A stretch of DNA of 64,000 nucleotides, taken from Cyanobacteriota bacterium. GTDB lineage: Bacteria > Cyanobacteriota > Cyanobacteriia > PCC-6307 > Cyanobiaceae. Made by a program: the position numbers and the translations under genes. Under the pieces are notes generated by a model, which ran no database searches, was not told the DNA's origin, and saw only the letters and a list, made by a program, of their open reading frames with translations. The DNA is taken from positions 480,001-544,000 of the forward strand of contig JBJOMY010000001.1 of NCBI GenBank assembly GCA_046052125.1, given 5' to 3'. Within the stretch, counting starts at the first letter, position 1, and each line of letters begins with the position of its first letter. Below, one piece after another: positions 58,067 through 64,000 of this stretch.

Positions 58067-59047
58067 ATGAGCTTCTCGAGCAGCTTCGGAACCAGCGGAC
58101 GCCCGAGCGTGCCGCCCCTCGAGGTGCGGCTCACCCGTAATGGCATCCATGAGTCGCTGCATCGGGTGCATGCGGTGGTGTGCGACCAGCGCGGGCGCGT
58201 GTTGATGCGAGCCGGCGACCCGCAGCAGCTGAGTTTCATCCGCTCGGCCCTCAAACCCTTCCAGGCCCAGGTGTTCGTGAGCAGCGGCGCTGCCGACCAG
58301 GGCAACCACGATGAGCGCGCCCTGGCGATCGCCTGTGCCTCCCACGCCGGCGATGCCGAACAGGCCCGTGAGGCGTTCAAGATCCTCTGGAAATCAGATC
58401 TCGAAACCGAGCAGCTTCAGTGCCCAGTGCCCTCCGGGAGGACCAGCCCGCTGGAGCACAACTGCTCAGGCAAACACGCCGCCTTCCTGGCCACCTGCAA
58501 ACGGATGCAATGGCCCTTGGAAAGCTATCTGCAGCTCGATCACCCGCTACAGCAACAGGTGCTCAAGCGAGTGGGTGAGTTGCTGGGCATGCCCGCCGCC
58601 GAACTCCTCGCCGCCCGCGACGACTGCGGCGCTCCCACCCTGCAACTGCAGCTAGCCCAGATGGCGCTGTTGTTCGCCCACCTGGGGGCCAGCGAGCAGC
58701 CTGAGCTCGAGCGCCTGAGCCGGGCGATGCTCGCCCACCCCGATCTGGTGGCTGGCGAAGGCCGCTTCGACACGGTGGTGATGCAAAGCGGCCACGGCCA
58801 GGTGCTGAGCAAAGGCGGCGCCGAAGGCATCCAATGCCTCAGCCGCGTGGGTGAGGGTTTGGGTCTGGCTATCAAGGTGGAAGACGGCGCCAGTCGTGCC
58901 AAACACGCGGTAGCCCTGCACTTGATGCAGCAGCTGGAGTGGCTCACCCCCACCACACTCGACGCCCTGAACGAGCAATTCCTCCACCCCAACGAGGGCG
59001 TGAAGCTCGAGGTGAGCGGCGAACTGAAGTTCGACAACGGCCGCTGA
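58067..59047 (+). CDS. Asparaginase (Rhizobium etli type II-like)
   Basis: RSALKPFQA, CASH.G, HNCSGKHA, D.CGAP, KGGAEG and KVEDG. Confidence 0.9.
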   Translation: MSFSSSFGTSGRPSVPPLEVRLTRNGIHESLHRVHAVVCDQRGRVLMRAGDPQQLSFIRSALKPFQAQVFVSSGAADQGNHDERALAIACASHAGDAEQAREAFKILWKSDLETEQLQCPVPSGRTSPLEHNCSGKHAAFLATCKRMQWPLESYLQLDHPLQQQVLKRVGELLGMPAAELLAARDDCGAPTLQLQLAQMALLFAHLGASEQPELERLSRAMLAHPDLVAGEGRFDTVVMQSGHGQVLSKGGAEGIQCLSRVGEGLGLAIKVEDGASRAKHAVALHLMQQLEWLTPTTLDALNEQFLHPNEGVKLEVSGELKFDNGR

Positions 59048-59263
59048 GGGCTCAGGTGCCGATCTCTGCGGTGCCGCCTCACGGAACCGAGTGACCGTGC
59101 TGGATAGGGCGAACGATGCGCGCCGTGGGCGGCAGCAAACCTCTTCCAGAAGGTTGTCGGGATGTGAGACCACTTTTGGCGCGATGTGGTCCCACATCTG
59201 GAGACGGACTGGAACAGCGCTCATGGGCCGCGCTCACCGCTGGTGGGCACAGCGACGAACCCC

Positions 59264-59944
59264 TCAGGCGCTCAGGGCGTCGCGCTCGAACTGATCGGCT
59301 GCCGCCTCGGTGGGGGCCACGGCGAACAGGGCTGAAGCAATCTCGGGGCTGATCGTGAACGTATCGAGGCCCTCGGCAGCCAAGCGGGCCAGGTCGTCGG
59401 TTGAGCGGAGGCTGGCGACCAGCAAACGCAGGGCGGGGGCCGAGGGTGCGGCTGAGTGGGCGGGGCTTAAGGCCTCCACGATCCGCTGCATACGGACGAG
59501 TTCCGCGTGGCCGTCGCGGCCGAGATCACCGATGCGGCCGAGATAAGGGGCGATGTAGTCGGCACCGAGGGCTGCCGCCAGCAGCACCTGAGCCGGCTCG
59601 TAGCAGGCGGTGAAGGTCACCGAGCAGCCCTCGGCGATCAGGCTGCGGGCAGCGGTGGCGCCGGCGCGGGTGATCGGCAGCTTCACCCAGATCCTCCCAG
59701 GAGCCAACTGCGCCAGTGCCCGGCCGCATCCGAGAAGATCATCCCCCCAGGCCTGGAGATGCAACTCCTGCACACCGTGCTCGATCGCCACAGCGGTCAG
59801 CGCCGCCAAGTGCTCAAGGTTGCAAGCCTGACCAGCGCGACGCAGGAGTGTGGGGTTGGTGGTGACCCCGCGGAACAGGCCCGAGGGCAGCCATTCGGCC
59901 CAGGCGACCGGATCAGCGCTATCGAGGAGGAGACGCAACGCCAT
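59264..59944 (-). CDS. Transaldolase / fructose-6-phosphate aldolase family
   Basis: LLLDSAD, GVTTNPTLL, VKLP, YIAPYLGR and LVASLR. Confidence 0.9.
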   Translation of the reverse strand: MALRLLLDSADPVAWAEWLPSGLFRGVTTNPTLLRRAGQACNLEHLAALTAVAIEHGVQELHLQAWGDDLLGCGRALAQLAPGRIWVKLPITRAGATAARSLIAEGCSVTFTACYEPAQVLLAAALGADYIAPYLGRIGDLGRDGHAELVRMQRIVEALSPAHSAAPSAPALRLLVASLRSTDDLARLAAEGLDTFTISPEIASALFAVAPTEAAADQFERDALSA

Positions 59945-60017
59945 CACAGGAGGAAGGCCGCGCTGCGACCCAGGTCATCGGACCAGCCCATGCTGCCGTG
60001 TATGATTTAGAGGACGC

Positions 60018-60094
<77 letters not shown>

Positions 60095-60100
60095 AACCAG

Positions 60101-60136
60101 AAACCCCGGCCATCGCAAGATCGGTCGGGGTTTTTT
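60101..60136 (+). terminator. Terminator after tRNA-Met
   Basis: CCCCGGCC...GGTCGGGG stem followed by TTTTTT. Confidence 0.8.
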
Positions 60137-60254
60137 GATGTCAACAAACAGCCGCGCCTGGCCCGAGCCTGTGATCCCTCGGCCCAGACAATCGCGCGAG
60201 GATTGCAACAGCAACCTCCTTGATTCTTTTCCGCCAGTCGTTCAGCAGCACCCG

Positions 60255-60467
60255 ATGACGAGCGCACTCTCAACACCCGACGCAGCCGCAGTCGAACCCA
60301 CCAGCCCAACCCGGGCCAGCACGATCCAAGCGGCCGCCAACACGCACCCGCTCCTCCTGGCGGCGGTGTTGGTGTGGATGAGCATTGAGCTGATCGGCGA
60401 TGGACTGTTGGCCACCCGCAGCCTGCTGGAGAGCGTGATCAGCGAGCGCAACGTCACCCCCTCCTGA
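60255..60467 (+). CDS. Small hypothetical membrane protein
   Basis: Single hydrophobic stretch; stop overlaps the GMC start (TGATG). Confidence 0.5.
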   Translation: MTSALSTPDAAAVEPTSPTRASTIQAAANTHPLLLAAVLVWMSIELIGDGLLATRSLLESVISERNVTPS

Positions 60468-62098
60468 TGGCCGACGCGATTGTGGTGGGGTCGGGGGCCA
60501 GTGGCGGTGTGGCCGCGCTGGCCCTGGCGCAAGCGGGGCTCCAGGTGCTGGTGCTCGAGGCCGGTCCAGAGCTCAGCGCCGCCCGCGCCTTCGGGAGTGA
60601 GCCAGCCAACAGCCTCAAGCGCCTAGCCAACGTGAGCAGCGGCCGCCAGCGCCTGGCGGCGCAGCACCCGGGCTACTGGAAAGCCAACCCCGATCTCTAC
60701 GTCGACGAGTGGCAGAACCCCTACAGCACCCCTGAGGGGCAGCCCTTTCTCTGGACCCGTGGGCGCCAGGTTGGCGGCAAGAGCCTCACCTGGGGTGGCA
60801 TCACCCTGCGGCTTTCGGACGCTGAATTTGATGCCGCCTCCCGCGACGGCCATGGGCGCAGCTGGCCGATCCGCCACGCCGATCTGGCCCCCTTCTACGA
60901 ACGGCTCGAGCGGCTACTCCAGATCCACGGCCAGCGCGACGGCCTCCCCCAGCTGCCCAACCCTGAAGGCGCCCCGAACCCAGCCTTACCGCTCACCCCG
61001 GCGGAGGAGCACCTGCAGCGCTGCATCCGCCGCGATCTCGATCTCCCCCTGATCCCCTCCCGCGGTTTTGCGCTGCACCGCAGCGCCGATGGCCCCTGGC
61101 CACGCTCTTGCTCCCAGGGGGGTGCGCTCAAGGCCGCCCTGGCCACGGGCCGCGTGCAGCTGCAAAGCGAGGCGGTGGTGAGCCATGTGCAGGTGGATCC
61201 CCGCAGCGGCCGCGCCACGGGCGTGGAGTGGATCAATGCCCGCAGCGGCCGCCGTGAACACAGCCAGGCCGCGCTGGTGGTGCTCTGCGCCTCCACGATT
61301 GAGAGCCTGCGGCTGCTGCTTCACTCGCAGAAGGTGGGTGGCCTCGAAGAGGTGAGCGGCCTGCTGGGGCAGGGGCTGATGGATCACGTGTCAGCCAGCT
61401 GTTTCTTCGCACTGCCTGAGCAACCGGCCCCTGGGGCCACCGAACTCTCGGGAGCGGGAAGCTGCTTCATCCCCAACACCGTGAACCTGGGCGGCGGCGA
61501 TCCAGCCCAGAAGTTCCTGCGTGGTTATGGGCTGTGGTGCGGCATTCAGCGCTTTGACCCACCCCAGCTGCTCAAACGGGAACGGGGTGCTGCGGTGGGG
61601 TTCCTGATTGGCCATGGGGAGGTGCTCAGCCGGCCGGAGAACCGCGTGAGCCTGGATTCACAGCACCAGGATGCCTGGGGGCTGCCGATTGCCCACATCG
61701 ATTGCCGCTGGAGCACAAACGAGCAGGCGATGGTGCGCCACATGCAGGCGCGGATGCAGGCGGTGGTGGCGAGCGGCGGCGGACGCATCGCCCCACTGGC
61801 GGATCTGTTTGTGATGCCGCTGATCGAGCCGTTGGTGCAGGGCAGCCTGGCGATGGCCCCTGGAGCCGCACCGCCTGGGTATTACATCCACGAGCTGGGC
61901 GGAGCGCCGATGGCGGCCAGCGAGGCCGAGGGGGTGCTGAACCCCTGGAACCAGCTCTGGCGCACCCCCAACCTGCTGGTGTGCGACGGCAGCGCCTGGC
62001 CCAGCGCCGGTTGGCAAAGCCCAACGCTCACCACCATGGCGTTGAGCTGGCGGGCGTGCTCCCATGCGGCGGAAGCGATGCAGCGCGGTGAGCTTTAA
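60467..62098 (+). CDS. GMC-family oxidoreductase
   Basis: VVGSGASGG, GRQVGGKSLTWGG, G.GLMDH, IHELGGAPM, N...CDGS.WP and SPTLT.MAL. Confidence 0.93.
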   Translation: MADAIVVGSGASGGVAALALAQAGLQVLVLEAGPELSAARAFGSEPANSLKRLANVSSGRQRLAAQHPGYWKANPDLYVDEWQNPYSTPEGQPFLWTRGRQVGGKSLTWGGITLRLSDAEFDAASRDGHGRSWPIRHADLAPFYERLERLLQIHGQRDGLPQLPNPEGAPNPALPLTPAEEHLQRCIRRDLDLPLIPSRGFALHRSADGPWPRSCSQGGALKAALATGRVQLQSEAVVSHVQVDPRSGRATGVEWINARSGRREHSQAALVVLCASTIESLRLLLHSQKVGGLEEVSGLLGQGLMDHVSASCFFALPEQPAPGATELSGAGSCFIPNTVNLGGGDPAQKFLRGYGLWCGIQRFDPPQLLKRERGAAVGFLIGHGEVLSRPENRVSLDSQHQDAWGLPIAHIDCRWSTNEQAMVRHMQARMQAVVASGGGRIAPLADLFVMPLIEPLVQGSLAMAPGAAPPGYYIHELGGAPMAASEAEGVLNPWNQLWRTPNLLVCDGSAWPSAGWQSPTLTTMALSWRACSHAAEAMQRGEL

Positions 62099-62203
62099 CT
62101 GACACAGCACCAACTTTGGTGTCATCCACCACATCGGCTGGGCCGCGAGCCCCGCACACTATGCAGGCGACCTTTCAACGGGTCGGGCAAGGGAGAAACA
62201 CAG

Positions 62204-62230
62204 GCGGGAGCTCGGCACTCCCGCTTTTTT
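62204..62230 (+). terminator. Rho-independent terminator
   Basis: GCGGGAG-CTCGGCA-CTCCCGC-TTTTTT. Confidence 0.8.
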
Positions 62231-62267
62231 GTGTGTACGCAACAGCTGGATTCATCCGGCCTGGGCC

Positions 62268-62567
62268 TCACTCGCCAGGCTTCATGAACAGGCCATTGAG
62301 GTAGTGCTGGGCCACGCAGCGATCGCCACAGCCGTTCTGAAATAGGAAACCAGCCAGGGCCGAGGTGATCACGCGGTACTGGTCCCACTCGGGGCGGCTG
62401 CTGAGGAAGGCACGCATGCCATCGAAGAGGGCTTCAGGCACCTCGGCCTCGAGGCTGATGCGTGAGGCGCTGGCGGCGTCTTGCTGTTCGAGGCAGCGGC
62501 TGAGGTGATCGCGGGCATCACGGGCGACTGCAGCGGCTTGCTCCAGCTCTGCACCACTGTGATCCAC
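62268..62567 (-). CDS. DUF2811-like protein
   Basis: ISLEAEVPE.LF.GM..F....P.WDQYRV..SALA.FL.QNG pattern. Start uncertain; the ORF extends to 62708. Confidence 0.8.
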   Translation of the reverse strand: MDHSGAELEQAAAVARDARDHLSRCLEQQDAASASRISLEAEVPEALFDGMRAFLSSRPEWDQYRVITSALAGFLFQNGCGDRCVAQHYLNGLFMKPGE

Positions 62568-62833
62568 CTGCACCTGCTGCTCGAACTCCAAGCGATCTCC
62601 TGCGTCGGGACTGCCATCAATCCACAGCAGGGCCACCGGCGTCAAAGCCGGCGCATCAGGCCAAAACCATCGCGAGACACAGCGAGATCGCCCATGGCTG
62701 CAGTGCATCGACGGGGCTTGCGCGCTGCGGTAGTGGGCCGCCTAGCCGTAACCGCAACGCTGTCAAGCAGGGGTTGAACGAAATGGCGCAATCCACAGAA
62801 ACAGCGCCGTCAGGCATCAGGGGGGCGCAGGGC

Positions 62834-62864
62834 TGTGGAAAACCCAGCAACCAGCTGTGGAAAC
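62834..62864 (-). promoter_or_regulatory. DnaA-box-like sites
   Basis: TTTTCCACA (62834-62842) and GTTTCCACA (62856-62864) on the minus strand. Confidence 0.5.
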
Positions 62865-62956
62865 AACGCTGATCTTGGGGAAACCCGCTATTGATCAGCA
62901 GGGCTTATGCGCGCGGGTCTCGTGCGACCCGGCCGCAACCGAGACGCGTGAGTAGC

Positions 62957-64000
62957 TCAAACCCCCTGGTTCTCTTCCGGTTTCTGCCGGGGTTTGTAAA
63001 GCGTGCGCGGTCCGAGCGGATGGTCGGCGTGGGGATAAGGCGCATGGGTATGCCCGTGGTCATGGCTGTGGTCGTGGTCGTGGCTGTGACCGTGCGCATG
63101 GTCGTGGTCGTGGTCGTGGGCATAGTCGTGACCGTGCGCATGGCCCAGGGGGATCGGGATGCCGTCGGGCTGACAAGCACCCGTGCATTCGTGCTCGCAG
63201 AGCGTGCAGGCCTCCACCAGCCCCTCCACATGGTGGTGATGGCTCTGCTGGGGCGCCCCCACCTCGGTTTCAAAGCCGAGCACCTGGGCGCGGTACTTAC
63301 AGAGGGAGCAGTTCATCTGCGTCTCACCGCGCACCACCTCCTGCACGCGCTCCAGGAAGGTGTTGATCACCAGCGGGTGATCGCCCAGGTAGCTGGCCTC
63401 CACAAACTCCAGCTCGGGGTGATCCGATGCCACCAGCTGGGTGTGCTGGCGGATGCGACTCACCAGCACCCCAGAGAAGAGGAAATAGGGAAACACCACG
63501 ATCCGGCGGAAACCGAGCTTCACCGCGTGGCGCAGGCCGGGCTCCACCAAGGGGAAGGTGACGCCGGAATACACGGTTTCACCCCACCCGAACCCGAAGC
63601 CCTCCACCAACATCCGCGCCACCTTCGACACGTTGGAGTTGGCGTCGGGGTCGGAGGAACCGCGGCCCACCACCACCAGCAGGGTGTCGCTGAGCGGCAC
63701 CGGTGTCTCACCGCGAGCGGCTGCGGCCGTATCCGAATCATCGAGCGCCTCGCGAATCCGGGCACCGGCGGCCTGGATCATGCTCAGATCGACCCCCAGC
63801 TCGCGGCCGTAATCGATCCGCAGGCCGGTTTCAGCGCTGAAGGTGTTCAGCACTGAAGGAATGTCGTTCTTGGCATGGCCGGCGGCGAACAGCATCCCGG
63901 GCACCGCCAACACCCGCTGTACGCCCTGGGCGCGCAGGCTCTCCAGGCCATCGCGCAGGATCGGCCGCGCAAACTCGAGATAGCCGTACTCCACCGGCAC
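62957..64000 (-). CDS. cbiX: Sirohydrochlorin cobaltochelatase CbiX (5' end outside the window)
   Basis: GYLEFARP, LFAAGHAKNDIP, GRGSSDPDAN, PYFLFSG.L, MNCSLCKYR Fe-S motif and a His-rich tail. Confidence 0.93.
   Translation of the reverse strand: MPVEYGYLEFARPILRDGLESLRAQGVQRVLAVPGMLFAAGHAKNDIPSVLNTFSAETGLRIDYGRELGVDLSMIQAAGARIREALDDSDTAAAARGETPVPLSDTLLVVVGRGSSDPDANSNVSKVARMLVEGFGFGWGETVYSGVTFPLVEPGLRHAVKLGFRRIVVFPYFLFSGVLVSRIRQHTQLVASDHPELEFVEASYLGDHPLVINTFLERVQEVVRGETQMNCSLCKYRAQVLGFETEVGAPQQSHHHHVEGLVEACTLCEHECTGACQPDGIPIPLGHAHGHDYAHDHDHDHAHGHSHDHDHSHDHGHTHAPYPHADHPLGPRTLYKPRQKPEENQGV
63052..63143 (-). repeat. His/Asp-rich low-complexity repeat in cbiX
   Basis: Repeated GTGGTC/GTCGTG units encoding HAHGHDYAHDHDHDHAHGHSHDHDHSHDHGH. 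Confidence 0.85.

Noticed and set aside
58652..59224. 190-aa minus-strand ORF
   Set aside because: Mostly antisense to the asparaginase gene, with no recognisable domain.
63052..63143. Tandem repeats resembling a CRISPR or VNTR array
   Set aside because: They are in-frame His/Asp codons of the CbiX tail; there are no spacers or cas genes.

Overview
GC-rich picocyanobacterial DNA (Synechococcus/Cyanobium-like, judged from a phycobilisome linker, CP12, DUF3136, CGLD27 and cyanobacterial Pho boxes). Five blocks: (1) 1-2.3 kb: sulfide:quinone oxidoreductase and rubrerythrin. (2) 2.3-20.8 kb: a large phosphorus-stress island with phoB-phoR, a CRP-family regulator (ptrA-like), a CHAD protein, corA, a stand-alone cNMP-binding protein, ppk, pstCAB, two phosphate-binding proteins, a PhoB paralog with a degenerate receiver, speD and arsR-gapdh-arsJ. 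At least six 11-bp-periodic Pho-box-like arrays are readable in its intergenic DNA. (3) 20.8-37.7 kb: accessory genes, namely CP12, a LuxR regulator, a SelD fusion, TolC/HlyD/FUSC export parts, a K-channel-like protein, and a c-di-GMP module (two orphan solute-binding proteins translationally coupled to a membrane diguanylate cyclase, divergent from two EAL phosphodiesterases). (4) 37.7-53 kb: pyrC, an isolated phycobilisome linker, an OprB porin, a DUF2252/PGM1-like ATP-grasp/USP/ParB-like cluster, GST, an ArsR regulator, gor and an SDR. (5) 53-64 kb: core-like genes carB, DUF3318, rsfS, CGLD27, asparaginase, transaldolase, initiator tRNA-Met, a GMC oxidoreductase, DUF2811 and partial cbiX. 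No CRISPR array, rRNA, transposase or integrase was seen. All family calls come from motif recognition by eye, not from database searches.
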